NCBI RefSeq assembly: GCF_002087085.1 | Contig: NZ_MWQY01000008.1 | Coordinates: 124,001 to 188,000 of the forward strand | Length of the DNA stretch: 64,000 nucleotides | Direction of reading: 5' to 3' | Shown here: positions 28,640-38,558 of the stretch, piece after piece | How positions within the stretch are numbered: position 1 is the first letter of the stretch | How the letters are laid out: the number at the start of each line of letters is the position of its first letter | The notes under the pieces: model-generated | Seen by the model: only the letters and a program-made list of their open reading frames with translations | Databases searched by the model: none | Told to the model about the DNA's origin: nothing | Translations under genes and position numbers: made by a program

Positions 28640-31600
28640 ATGATTGATTATACAAAACCCATTGCAGAAACAAACAGGTTTATCGTCCTCGACAAATACA
28701 CCAAGGAATGGCAGGTTGCTGAAAGCTATCAAAGTGAAGCCGATCTGGAGCGGGAGCTCATTGAAGACCTGCAAAACCAGGGCTATGAATACCTTCCAGA
28801 CCTGAACTCGTCGGATAAAATGCTGGCTAATGTGCGTAAACAGCTTCAGGTTTTGAATGGCGTAACCTTCCAGGAGGGTGAGTGGAAACGCTTTGTTGAA
28901 CAATACCTGGACAAACCCGGCGATACTCTCATCGACAAAACCCGTAAAATACATGATGACTATATCCATGATTTTGTCTTTGATGACGGCCATATTGAAA
29001 ACATTTACCTTCTGGACAAAAAAAATATTGCCCGCAATAAGGTTCAGGTCATTAAACAGTTTGAACAGACCGGCTCCCAGGCCAATCGCTATGATGTAAC
29101 GATTCTGGTAAACGGTTTGCCCTTGGTACAAATCGAACTGAAAAAACGCGGCGTGGCTATCAGGGAAGCCTTTAATCAGGTGCACCGCTACAGTAAAGAG
29201 AGTTTCAATACTGAGAACTCTTTATTTAAATATCTGCAGCTTTTTGTCATTTCCAACGGTACCGACAGCCGCTATTTTGCCAATACAACCAAACGTGATA
29301 AAAACAGCTTTGACTTTACCATGAATTGGGCGAAAGCCGACAATACCCTGATAAAAGATCTTAAAGACTTTACCGCTACCTTTTTCCAGAAAAACACTCT
29401 GCTGAACGTGTTGCTCCATTACTCGGTATTTGATGTCAGTGATACCTTGCTGGTCATGCGTCCCTACCAGATTGCCGCCACGGAACGTATTTTGTGGAAA
29501 ATTAAAAGCTCCTGGCAAGCCAAAAACTGGAGCAAGACAGAAAGCGGCGGGTATATTTGGCACACCACCGGTTCGGGTAAGACCTTGACGAGCTTTAAGG
29601 CTGCCCGTTTGGCTACCGAACTGCATTTTATTGATAAAGTGTTTTTTGTGGTGGATCGAAAAGACCTGGACTATCAAACCATGAAGGAATACCAGCGCTT
29701 CTCTCCCGATAGCGTCAATGGTTCCGACAGCACCGCCGGTTTAAAACGCAATCTTGATAAAGATGACAATAAGATTATCGTAACAACCATTCAAAAGCTC
29801 AATAACCTGATGAAAAGTGAAGGCAGCCTGCCTGTTTACCAGAAACAGGTTGTCTTTATCTTTGATGAGGCACACCGCAGCCAGTTTGGAGAAGCCCAAA
29901 AGAACCTGAAGAAGAAATTCAAACAGTATTACCAGTTCGGTTTTACCGGTACTCCCATCTTTCCGGAAAATGCCCTGGGAGCGGAAACCACAGGCAGTGT
30001 ATTCGGACGGGAGTTGCATTCGTATGTCATAACCGATGCCATACGGGATGAGAAAGTACTGAAATTTAAAGTTGATTATAACGATGTTCGCCCAAAGTTT
30101 AAAAACATTGAAAGCGAGCAGGACGAGAAAAAGCTCACCGCCGCGGAAAACAAGCAGGCCCTGCTGCATCCCGACCGTATAACTGAGATTACCCAGTACA
30201 TCTTGAATAATTACAGGCAAAAAACTCATCGTTCCCACGCCGGAGCCAAGGGCTTTAATGCCATGTTTGCCGTAAGCAGTGTTGATGCTGCCAAAGCCTA
30301 TTATGAATCCTTTAAAAACATGCAGAAGGAACCCGACGGCAATAAAAAGCTGAATGTGGCCACCATATTCTCTTTTGCCGCCAATGAAGAACAGGACGCT
30401 GTTGGTGAGATCCTTGATGAGAGCTTTGAGGTTTCAGCAATGGAGAGCAGTGCCAAGGAATTCTTGAGCGCTGCTATAGCTGACTATAATACTGCTTTTA
30501 AAACCAACTTTGGTGTAGACAGCAGAGGCTTTCAAAACTATTACCGCGATCTCGCCCAGCGGGTAAGAAATCAGGAAGTAGATTTGCTGATTGTGGTGGG
30601 CATGTTCCTGACAGGCTTCGATGCACCGACTCTGAACACCCTGTTTGTTGATAAAAACCTGCGTTACCACGGCTTAATGCAGGCCTTCTCACGTACAAAT
30701 CGTATTTACGATGCGACAAAAACCTTTGGGAATATCATTACTTTCCGGGATCTGGAACCGGCTACAGTCGATGCTATTACCTTGTTCGGTGATAAAAACA
30801 CCAAAAACGTTGTATTGGAAAAAAGTTATAAGGAGTACATGGAAGGTTTTACCGATATCACCACCGGCGAGGCCCGCCGTGGATATCTGGATGTGGTAGC
30901 AGAATTACAAAGACGTTTCCCAAATCCTGAAGAGATAGAAAAAGAGAAGGACAAAAAAGAGTTCGTCAAACTCTTTGGCGAGTATTTAAGGGTTGAAAAC
31001 ATACTTAATAACTACGATGAGTTTGCCGGCTTGAAAGCTTTGCAAAACGTCAATCTGGATGACCCCGAGGCGGTCGAAGCATTTAAGGAAAGACATTATC
31101 TGGATGATGACGACCTCACCGAGATGAAATCCATTGATGTTCCATCAGAACGCTTGATTCAGGATTACCGTTCTACTTATAACGACACCCGCGATTGGCT
31201 GCGTCGCGAGAAAGACGCTGACCAAAGAGATTCTTCCGGTATTGATTGGGATGATGTGGTTTTTGAAGTTGACTTGCTTAAATCCCAGGAAATAAACCTG
31301 GATTACATTCTTGAACTGATTTTTGAAAACAACAAAAGGAACAAGAGCAAGGCAGAATTAATTGAAGAGGTGAGAAGACTTCTGCGTTCCAGCCTGGGCA
31401 ACCGTGCCAAAGAAAGCTTGATGGTGGATTTTATTAATCAGACTGACCTGGATGATATGGACGACAAGGCAAGTATCATTGATGCGTTCTTTACATTTGC
31501 GCAAGCAGAACAAAAGCGTGAGGCTGATGAACTCATTCGTTCTGAAAGTTTAAATGAAGAAGCCGCAAGGCGTTACATTACATCATCATTAAAGCGAGAG

Positions 31601-31747
31601 TTTGCCAGTGAAAATGGTACTGAATTGAATTCAACTCTGCCTAAAATGAGCCCTCTTAATCCGCAATACAAAGCAAAAAAACAAAGTGTTTTCCAAAAAA
31701 TTGCTGCATTTGTAGAAAAATATAAAGGCGTCGGAGGTCATCTATGA
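28640..31747 (+). CDS. hsdR: Type I R-M restriction subunit (EcoR124I-like)
   Basis: QIELK nuclease motif, [35 protein letters not shown]. Confidence 0.97.
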   Translation: MIDYTKPIAETNRFIVLDKYTKEWQVAESYQSEADLERELIEDLQNQGYEYLPDLNSSDKMLANVRKQLQVLNGVTFQEGEWKRFVEQYLDKPGDTLIDKTRKIHDDYIHDFVFDDGHIENIYLLDKKNIARNKVQVIKQFEQTGSQANRYDVTILVNGLPLVQIELKKRGVAIREAFNQVHRYSKESFNTENSLFKYLQLFVISNGTDSRYFANTTKRDKNSFDFTMNWAKADNTLIKDLKDFTATFFQKNTLLNVLLHYSVFDVSDTLLVMRPYQIAATERILWKIKSSWQAKNWSKTESGGYIWHTTGSGKTLTSFKAARLATELHFIDKVFFVVDRKDLDYQTMKEYQRFSPDSVNGSDSTAGLKRNLDKDDNKIIVTTIQKLNNLMKSEGSLPVYQKQVVFIFDEAHRSQFGEAQKNLKKKFKQYYQFGFTGTPIFPENALGAETTGSVFGRELHSYVITDAIRDEKVLKFKVDYNDVRPKFKNIESEQDEKKLTAAENKQALLHPDRITEITQYILNNYRQKTHRSHAGAKGFNAMFAVSSVDAAKAYYESFKNMQKEPDGNKKLNVATIFSFAANEEQDAVGEILDESFEVSAMESSAKEFLSAAIADYNTAFKTNFGVDSRGFQNYYRDLAQRVRNQEVDLLIVVGMFLTGFDAPTLNTLFVDKNLRYHGLMQAFSRTNRIYDATKTFGNIITFRDLEPATVDAITLFGDKNTKNVVLEKSYKEYMEGFTDITTGEARRGYLDVVAELQRRFPNPEEIEKEKDKKEFVKLFGEYLRVENILNNYDEFAGLKALQNVNLDDPEAVEAFKERHYLDDDDLTEMKSIDVPSERLIQDYRSTYNDTRDWLRREKDADQRDSSGIDWDDVVFEVDLLKSQEINLDYILELIFENNKRNKSKAELIEEVRRLLRSSLGNRAKESLMVDFINQTDLDDMDDKASIIDAFFTFAQAEQKREADELIRSESLNEEAARRYITSSLKREFASENGTELNSTLPKMSPLNPQYKAKKQSVFQKIAAFVEKYKGVGGHL

Positions 31748-32046
31748 CAAAAGCATTGTTTTTCCTGGTAGCGGCGATCCTGATACTCTCCATGTTCACC
31801 GGATGCCTGCCCAGGGAAACCCATCTGGCGGGAGAACGGCCCGCGGGCTTTCTTATGGGAATCTGGCACGGCTGGATTGCCCCAATCTCGCTGATAGTCG
31901 GGATATTCAGGCCCGGAGTCCGGGTTTACGAGCCCTTCAACAGCGGCTGGTGGTACGATTTCGGCTTCTACATCGCCATCATTTCCGGTTTCGGGGGAAT
32001 CAGCCTGACCCGTAAAAAGGCATCCGCTCACAGACAAAACCTCTGA
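31744..32046 (+). CDS. Small membrane lipoprotein, conserved hypothetical
   Basis: Lipobox-like [30 protein letters not shown]. Confidence 0.7.
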   Translation: MTKALFFLVAAILILSMFTGCLPRETHLAGERPAGFLMGIWHGWIAPISLIVGIFRPGVRVYEPFNSGWWYDFGFYIAIISGFGGISLTRKKASAHRQNL

Positions 32047-32064
32047 TTAGCCTACAAGCTTTTC

Positions 32065-32093
32065 TTGCATTGCGCTCAATACGCATATATGAT
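32065..32093 (+). promoter_or_regulatory. Promoter of the moa operon
   Basis: TTGCAT, 17 nt, TATGAT just upstream of the riboswitch. Confidence 0.55.
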
Positions 32094-32107
32094 AAACCGT
32101 ATAAAGA

Positions 32108-32208
32108 TTTTCTTCGAACCGCCGGACCTGCAAGATATATATCCATGGTACGGCGGTCGATGGGTACAGCGGGAAACTGATGTGCCTCCCGTGATTGGAA
32201 AGGAGAGA
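32108..32208 (+). ncRNA. Moco/Tuco RNA motif (cofactor riboswitch) upstream of moaA
   Basis: P2 ACCGCCG/CGGCGGT; GAAA-tetraloop stem GGGTACA..GAAA..TGTGCCT; 3' CCTCCCGTGATTGGAAAGGAG like the E. coli moaA leader. Confidence 0.85.
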
Positions 32209-32210
32209 AT

Positions 32211-33008
32211 ATCAAAGACCTGTTTAACCGCGAAATAAACTACCTGCGTATATCCATTACCGACAAGTGCAACCTGCGCTGCACCTACTGCATGCCCGAC
32301 GGAGAAGTCCCCCGACGGAAACACTCGGACTTCCTGAGCTTCGAAGAGATTACCCGCATCGCAGAAGTCGCCGTCTCCCTGGGAATTCGAAAGGTGCGTC
32401 TGACCGGCGGAGAACCCCTGGTCAAGCGGGGAATATGTGATCTTGTCGCGATGCTGAAAGCCCTCCCCGGCCTGGAGCACCTTGCAATGACCACCAACGG
32501 GGTACTCCTGGGAAGCATGGCCCGGGAACTCAAAAACTCTGGCCTCGACAGCATGAACATATCCCTGGACAGCCTGAACCCTGAACGCTACCATCGGATA
32601 AGCCGGGTAGGAGACCTCAGCGTTACCCTGGCAGGAATCGAAAGCGCCCGAAGACTCGGCTTTCCCATCAAGATCAACACTGTGGTAATGGACGATACCC
32701 CGGAGGGGGAGATCGCGGCCCTGGCGGAGTTCTGCCGCCGGAACGGTTTCCGTCATCAGCTTATCAACCACTACAGCCTGAGCGCGGACAAGAAGGACAA
32801 CTACAGCTTCGACAGACCGCCGAAATGCTCTGCCTGCAACAGGATCCGCCTCCTGGCGGATGGAAAGCTGAAGCCCTGTCTGCATTCGGACCATGAGGTT
32901 CAAGTAGATATGAACGACATTGCCGGTTCGATCCGGGCCACGATTGAGAAAAAACCCGAACGGGGCGGCATCTGCTCGAACCGCTCCATGGTCGAGATTG
33001 GAGGATAA
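32211..33008 (+). CDS. moaA: GTP 3',8-cyclase (radical SAM), short form; non-canonical start needed
   Basis: NYLRISITDKCNLRCTYCMP begins upstream of the ORF-track ATG; LTGGEP; CSACNRIRL..G.LKPCL; C-terminal IGG. Confidence 0.88.
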   Translation: MKDLFNREINYLRISITDKCNLRCTYCMPDGEVPRRKHSDFLSFEEITRIAEVAVSLGIRKVRLTGGEPLVKRGICDLVAMLKALPGLEHLAMTTNGVLLGSMARELKNSGLDSMNISLDSLNPERYHRISRVGDLSVTLAGIESARRLGFPIKINTVVMDDTPEGEIAALAEFCRRNGFRHQLINHYSLSADKKDNYSFDRPPKCSACNRIRLLADGKLKPCLHSDHEVQVDMNDIAGSIRATIEKKPERGGICSNRSMVEIGG

Positions 33009-33009
33009 G

Positions 33010-33462
33010 ATGGAACTGAGCCACGTAGATGCCGCCGGCAACGCCCGCATGGTGGATGTTTCCGCGAAACCGAAGGTATTGCGCACCGCCTCCGCCGCGG
33101 GGAGCATCCACATGAAGCCGGAAACCGCGGAACTTATCCGGAAGAACGGAATACAGAAAGGGGATGTCCTTACCACCGCCAAGATCGCCGGCATCAACGG
33201 CGCCAAACAGACGGCAAGCTTGATTCCCCTCTGCCACAGCATCGCCATCGACCATGTTGACCTGGAGTTCGAAGTCTTCGAAAGCGGGGTTCATATCCGC
33301 TCCCGTGCGGTCTGCACGGACAAGACGGGCATAGAAATGGAGGCCCTTACGGCGGTCAGCGTAGCAGCCCTTACCATCTATGATATGTGCAAGGCGGCGG
33401 ACAAGTCCATGCGAATCGGCGAAATCCGTCTACTGGAAAAAACCAAGGAAGAACGGACCTGA
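33010..33462 (+). CDS. moaC: Cyclic pyranopterin monophosphate synthase
   Basis: ARMVDVSAK, LIPLCH, TGIEMEAL, IYDMCKA. Confidence 0.95.
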   Translation: MELSHVDAAGNARMVDVSAKPKVLRTASAAGSIHMKPETAELIRKNGIQKGDVLTTAKIAGINGAKQTASLIPLCHSIAIDHVDLEFEVFESGVHIRSRAVCTDKTGIEMEALTAVSVAALTIYDMCKAADKSMRIGEIRLLEKTKEERT

Positions 33463-33467
33463 AGACC

Positions 33468-33908
33468 ATGAGAAAATCCTTTACAATCCTGTCCATAAAC
33501 ATCTCCGAGAAAGCAGGGGAACAGAAGACCCCCGTACCCCGGGCAACCCTGCGCCCCGACCACGGCCTCGAGGGGGATGCCCACGCCAGAAACTGGCACC
33601 GTCAGATATCCCTCCTGGCGGACGAGGACGTGGATACCATGCGGGGCAAAGGGGTTGAGCTCAAAGCCGGAGACTTCGCAGAGAATATAACCACCCGGGG
33701 TGTGGATCTTGCCTCCCTTCCGGTGGGAACAAAGCTGTACCTGGGGAAAACAGTGCTCGAGGTAACCCAGCACGGCAAGGCCTGCCACCATGACTGCGAG
33801 GTTTTCCGCAAGGTTGGAGACTGCGTAATGCCCCGGAAAGGGATCTTCGCCAGGATCCTTGAAGGGGGAGAGATCAGCTGTGAAACTCTCTGTTATTACG
33901 ATATCTGA
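33468..33908 (+). CDS. MOSC domain protein
   Basis: GLEGDAHA..WHRQISLL, GDFAENITT, GKACH..C......GDCVMP..GIF. Confidence 0.9.
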   Translation: MRKSFTILSINISEKAGEQKTPVPRATLRPDHGLEGDAHARNWHRQISLLADEDVDTMRGKGVELKAGDFAENITTRGVDLASLPVGTKLYLGKTVLEVTQHGKACHHDCEVFRKVGDCVMPRKGIFARILEGGEISCETLCYYDI

Positions 33909-34350
33909 CCGGGCATCCAGGGGAGAATACCAGGACCTTTCCGGACCGGCGATTATGGAACTGCTGAGGGACTCCTTTCCCGGGGCCGATATCCGGAGTG
34001 TCATCGTTCCCGATGATGCCGACGCCCTCCTTTCCGCCTTTACAGCCCACGCCGACGCGGACTATATCCTGACCACCGGAGGAACCGGGATCTCCCCGCG
34101 GGACATTACCCCGGAGACCACGGAAAAATGGTGCGAAAAAGCCCTCCCGGGGATCGCGGAGTTGCTGCGGGCCAAATCCTACAAAGAGACCCCCAACGCC
34201 CTCTTTTCCCGGGGGTACGCGGGAATCAGGGGAAGGACCATCGTGGTCAACTTCCCCGGCTCCGTCAAAGCAGTCCGTTTCTGCACCGGACTCCTTGTAC
34301 CCGTAATGGAACACGGAGTGCGGATGCTCCGGGGCGAAGGCCATGGTTGA
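33880..34350 (+). CDS. mog: MogA/MoaB molybdopterin adenylyltransferase
   Basis: VITISDRAS.G..QDLSGP, TTGGTGISPRDITPE, NFPGS. Confidence 0.88.
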   Translation: MKLSVITISDRASRGEYQDLSGPAIMELLRDSFPGADIRSVIVPDDADALLSAFTAHADADYILTTGGTGISPRDITPETTEKWCEKALPGIAELLRAKSYKETPNALFSRGYAGIRGRTIVVNFPGSVKAVRFCTGLLVPVMEHGVRMLRGEGHG

Positions 34351-35590
34351 GCTCTTCCGTCTCAGCCGTCCTGAGGATGCCCTTGAGGCCCTGCTCTCCG
34401 CCCTTCCCTCCGGCACCTTCCGCCGGGAAACCCTGCCCCTTGAAGAGGCCCTGGGACGGGTCTGTTCTCGGGAGATCCGTTCCCCCCAGGCCCTTCCCTC
34501 CTTTGTGCGCAGCACCATGGACGGTTACGCCCTCAGGGCTGCGGATACCTACGGTGCCAGCGAAGGACTCCCGGCCTACCTGCAGCTCACCGGAGAGGTC
34601 CCCATGGGCGCAGCCCCCTCCTTCAGTCTCAAAAAAGGCGAATGCGCCCTGGTCCACACCGGCGGCATGATTCCCGAAGGTTCCGACGCCGTTGTCATGG
34701 TGGAGCGTACCCAGAAATCCCGGGACGACGAGATCGAGGTCCTCCGCTCCGTCGCCGAAGGGGAGAACCTTGTCCAGATCGGCGAGGATGTGGCGGCAGG
34801 TTCCCTGGTCTTTCCCGCCGGCCACCTGCTGCGTCCCCAGGACATCGGCGGACTCAGCGCCCTTGGAATAGAGTCCCTCGAGGTAGCCGGAAAACCGAAG
34901 GTCGCGATTATCTCCACCGGAGACGAAGTCGTGCCTCCCGGGACCAGACCTGAACCCGGTCAAGTCCGGGACATCAACAGCTACACCCTCTCGGCCCTGA
35001 TTTCCGATGCGGGAGGAATCCCCGTGAAAAAAGGTATCATCGCCGACGACTACAAGCTGATTCTCTCCGGCGCAAAAAGCGCCCTGGAAGAATCGGAGGC
35101 CCTGGTAATCTCCGCAGGTTCATCCGTCTCTGTTCGGGATGTGACCGCCGAGGTAATCGACGAGCTCGGAAAACCGGGGGTCCTTGTTCACGGTGTTTCC
35201 ATCAAGCCCGGTAAACCGACGATTCTGGCGGTCTGCGACGGAAAACCGGTTATCGGACTGCCGGGGAATCCCGTCAGCGCCTTCGTCGCGGCCAGGCTTT
35301 TTCTGCTCCCCCTGGTCAGGAGGCTGCTGGGAACAGAGGAAAACCCGCTGAATACGGCAGAGCGAAGTGTCCGGGCCCGGCTTTCCCGGAACATCGCCTC
35401 CAGTGCCGGCAGATCGGACTATGTTCCCGTCAGGCTCATCCACGGGAAGCAGGAATTACCGGAAGCAGAGCCGGTTTTCGGCAAATCGAACCTGATCTAC
35501 ACCCTGATCCGCGCCGACGGACTTGTCAGCATCCCCGAGGAGGCCAACGGACTGCACCGGGATGACGAAATAACAGTGCGGCTGTTTTAA
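34343..35590 (+). CDS. moeA: Molybdopterin molybdotransferase
   Basis: RSTMDGYA, STGDEV, SAGSSV, IKPGKP, GLPGNPVS. Confidence 0.93.
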   Translation: MVELFRLSRPEDALEALLSALPSGTFRRETLPLEEALGRVCSREIRSPQALPSFVRSTMDGYALRAADTYGASEGLPAYLQLTGEVPMGAAPSFSLKKGECALVHTGGMIPEGSDAVVMVERTQKSRDDEIEVLRSVAEGENLVQIGEDVAAGSLVFPAGHLLRPQDIGGLSALGIESLEVAGKPKVAIISTGDEVVPPGTRPEPGQVRDINSYTLSALISDAGGIPVKKGIIADDYKLILSGAKSALEESEALVISAGSSVSVRDVTAEVIDELGKPGVLVHGVSIKPGKPTILAVCDGKPVIGLPGNPVSAFVAARLFLLPLVRRLLGTEENPLNTAERSVRARLSRNIASSAGRSDYVPVRLIHGKQELPEAEPVFGKSNLIYTLIRADGLVSIPEEANGLHRDDEITVRLF

Positions 35591-35616
35591 GAGCTGTTTT
35601 AAGAAAGGAATCGGAT

Positions 35617-37566
35617 ATGCAACGGCGAATTTATCTGGACGACATCCCTCTGCCCGAAGCCCGGGAGCGGATGTCCAAATTTCTTCGGAACAACAATCTT
35701 GCAGGACCCCTGGAAGCTGAGAAAATTCCCCTCTCTGAAGCTGCGGGCAGAATAAGCGCGGAGCCGGTCTGGGCCTCCCTCTCCTCGCCGGGTTACCACG
35801 CCTCGGCCATGGATGGGTACGCCGTAAAGTCAAAAGAGAGTTCCGGGGCCACGGAAACCTCCCCGGTGCGGATTCCCCTGGGACCTGAAGGTCCCGCTTC
35901 CTACGTCGACACCGGCGACCCCATGCCCCCCTGGGCCGATGCGGTGGTAATGATAGAGAACGCCGAGCTCGTGGACGACGACACAGCCATCGAAATCCGT
36001 GCCGCCGTGGCCCCCTGGACTTCCGTCCGCCCCATGGGTGAAGACCTGGTAGCCACAGAGCTTGTTCTTCCGGCCAATCACTGCCTGAGTCCCGTCGATT
36101 TGGGGGCCATAGCCGGAAGCGGCCACGCCACCGTGTCGGTGCGGAGAAAACCGGTGGTCGTCATCATTCCCACGGGCACCGAACTCATCAGCCCCGAAGA
36201 GGCTGAAAGCCGGGCCATGAAACCGGGGGAGATTATCGAGTACAACTCCCTGATGCTGGCTGCCCAGGTTGAATCCTGGGGCGGGGAGGCCCGGCGCTAT
36301 TCAACGGTTATCGACGATCCTGAGCTGATCCGAAGGGCTCTGGCCCGGGCAGCCGGGGAGGCGGACCTGGTGGTAATGATCGCCGGGTCCTCCGCCGGCA
36401 GCGAGGACTACAGCGCTTCGGTAATCGGAGACCTGGGGGAGGTCTTTGTCCACGGAATCGCCGTAAAACCGGGGCATCCGGTTATTCTGGGTATGGTAAA
36501 GGGTACCCCGCCGGTACCGGTCATCGGATCTCCCGGCTACCCGGTATCCTGTGCCCTGACCGGGGAGATCTTCATCGAACCGATCCTCTCCCAGTGGCTC
36601 GGCCGGAGCGGCAGACAGCGGCCGGAAACTGAGGCCGTAATGAGCCGTAAACTCCACTCCGCCGCCGGAGCCGAGGAGTTTGTCCGGGTGGCCCTGGGAG
36701 AAGTGGACGGAAAAACCGTAGCCGCCCCCCTGCAGCGGGGAGCAGGGGTAATCAGCTCCCTGGTAAAGGCGGACGGAATCCTGCGCATCCCCGCCCTCTC
36801 GGAAGGGGTGGACGCCGGTGAGATGGTCCGGGTCAGCCTGCTCCGGGACCCGGCAGAAATCAGACGAACCATCGTGCATATCGGGAGCCATGATATATGC
36901 CTTGACGTGCTGGCCCAGTACATCGCCGGGCGTTCCTCCCGTTTTACCAGCTCCAACGCCGGCAGTCTCGGCGGGCTTGTCGCCCTTAAACGGGGAGAAG
37001 CCCATGTCGCGGGCTCCCACCTTCTGGATCCGGACACCGGAAACTTCAACGACAGCTACATACGGCGCTACCTGTCAGGAGAGAAGGTGGCGGTCATCAG
37101 CTTTGTCCACCGGGAGCAGGGTCTCATTACCGCCAAGGGGAATCCGAAGGGGATACGGGACTTTTCCGACCTGACCCGGGAGGACCTGCGCTATGTTAAC
37201 CGGCAGCGGGGAGCAGGAACCAGGGTGCTCCTGGACTACAACCTGGAGCAGCTGGGTATCGATCCCGAACAGGTTCCCGGTTACCGGAGGGAGGAGTATA
37301 CCCACCTGGCGGTCGCCGCGGCGGTGCAGTCGGGAGCAGCGGACTGCGGCCTGGGAATCGCCGCAGCGGCCATGGCCCTGGACCTCGACTTCATTCCCCT
37401 GGCCCATGAACGGTATGAGCTGGTTACCCTGGAGCGCTTCTTCGAAGGACCTGTTCTCAAGCCCCTGCTGGAGGTCCTGGAGGATCAGGAATTCCGGAAA
37501 ACCGTCGACTCCATGGCGGGATACGCAACGGCCGATATGGGCAGGGTCCGCAAAATCGAGGCCTGA
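35617..37566 (+). CDS. moeA: MoeA fused to a C-terminal PBP (oxyanion-binding) domain
   Basis: SAMDGYA, PGYPVS; C-terminal GSHD, GSLGGL, VNRQRGAGTR. Confidence 0.9.
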   Translation: MQRRIYLDDIPLPEARERMSKFLRNNNLAGPLEAEKIPLSEAAGRISAEPVWASLSSPGYHASAMDGYAVKSKESSGATETSPVRIPLGPEGPASYVDTGDPMPPWADAVVMIENAELVDDDTAIEIRAAVAPWTSVRPMGEDLVATELVLPANHCLSPVDLGAIAGSGHATVSVRRKPVVVIIPTGTELISPEEAESRAMKPGEIIEYNSLMLAAQVESWGGEARRYSTVIDDPELIRRALARAAGEADLVVMIAGSSAGSEDYSASVIGDLGEVFVHGIAVKPGHPVILGMVKGTPPVPVIGSPGYPVSCALTGEIFIEPILSQWLGRSGRQRPETEAVMSRKLHSAAGAEEFVRVALGEVDGKTVAAPLQRGAGVISSLVKADGILRIPALSEGVDAGEMVRVSLLRDPAEIRRTIVHIGSHDICLDVLAQYIAGRSSRFTSSNAGSLGGLVALKRGEAHVAGSHLLDPDTGNFNDSYIRRYLSGEKVAVISFVHREQGLITAKGNPKGIRDFSDLTREDLRYVNRQRGAGTRVLLDYNLEQLGIDPEQVPGYRREEYTHLAVAAAVQSGAADCGLGIAAAAMALDLDFIPLAHERYELVTLERFFEGPVLKPLLEVLEDQEFRKTVDSMAGYATADMGRVRKIEA

Positions 37567-37637
37567 CCCCGGGATTCTGAACAGTACATTTGCATTTCTG
37601 ACTGAAACGTTTATAATTATCAGGCGGAGGAAGTCAG

Positions 37638-38558
37638 ATGGACAGACGGGAATTCCTTAAGATGCTGGGACGCTTCAGCGTCGCCGCCGGCATGGCGGCC
37701 CTGGCGGGCGGAAGGAGGCCTCTCTTCGCTCAAGCAAACGGAACTTCAGCCTGGGATCTGGCTGCCGTCATGGGGGGAGAACCGGGGGATATGTTCGACG
37801 CCGGAATCGCCTCCTTCGGCGGTATGCCGTCCTTTGTAAAACCCGGGCAGTCGGTCTGCATAAAGGTCAACGCCAGCTGGAACGCTCCGCCCGAGCGGGG
37901 AGCCACCACATCCCCGTCCCTGGTTGAGCGGATCGTCCGGCGCTGCCGGGAAGCAGGAGCCTCCCGGGTCTACGTGCTGGACCATACCATCGAGAACGCG
38001 AAGCTTGCCTTCTCTTCCACGGGCATCGAAGAAGCGGCCAGAACCGGCGGTGCACAGATCGTCCCGGCCAACTCCAGGGGCTACTACCAGGAACTCTCCG
38101 TTCCCGGAGCACAGCGGCTCAGGTCGGTTATGGTTCACGAGCTTCTTCTTGAAACGGATGTATTTATCAACGTTCCCATCCTGAAGCACCACGGCAGCAC
38201 CACCATTACCAGCGCCATGAAAAACCTCATGGGGGTAATCTGGGATCGGGGCTACTACCACGCCAACGACCTTCACCGCTGCATCGCCGAGTTTCCCCTG
38301 CTTGTCAAACCCGACCTGAACGTCGTTGATGCCTATACGGTCATGAACTCCGGCGGTCCCCGGGGCTTCTACTCCGGCTCGGACCTATCCGTTCGAAAGA
38401 TGCAGATAATCTCCCCGGATATCGTCGCCGTCGACGCCGCGGCCGCCCGAACATGGGGCACCGAGCCCGAAAAAGTCCGCTACATCGGGCTGGCTCACGG
38501 TTTCGGTCTGGGAGAATCCAATCTGGAGGCCCTGAGAATCAACAGGATACGGGTGTGA
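37638..38558 (+). CDS. DUF362 domain protein with Tat signal
   Basis: DRREFLK Tat motif, INVPILKHH, AMKNLMG, DIVAVDA. Confidence 0.85.
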   Translation: MDRREFLKMLGRFSVAAGMAALAGGRRPLFAQANGTSAWDLAAVMGGEPGDMFDAGIASFGGMPSFVKPGQSVCIKVNASWNAPPERGATTSPSLVERIVRRCREAGASRVYVLDHTIENAKLAFSSTGIEEAARTGGAQIVPANSRGYYQELSVPGAQRLRSVMVHELLLETDVFINVPILKHHGSTTITSAMKNLMGVIWDRGYYHANDLHRCIAEFPLLVKPDLNVVDAYTVMNSGGPRGFYSGSDLSVRKMQIISPDIVAVDAAAARTWGTEPEKVRYIGLAHGFGLGESNLEALRINRIRV

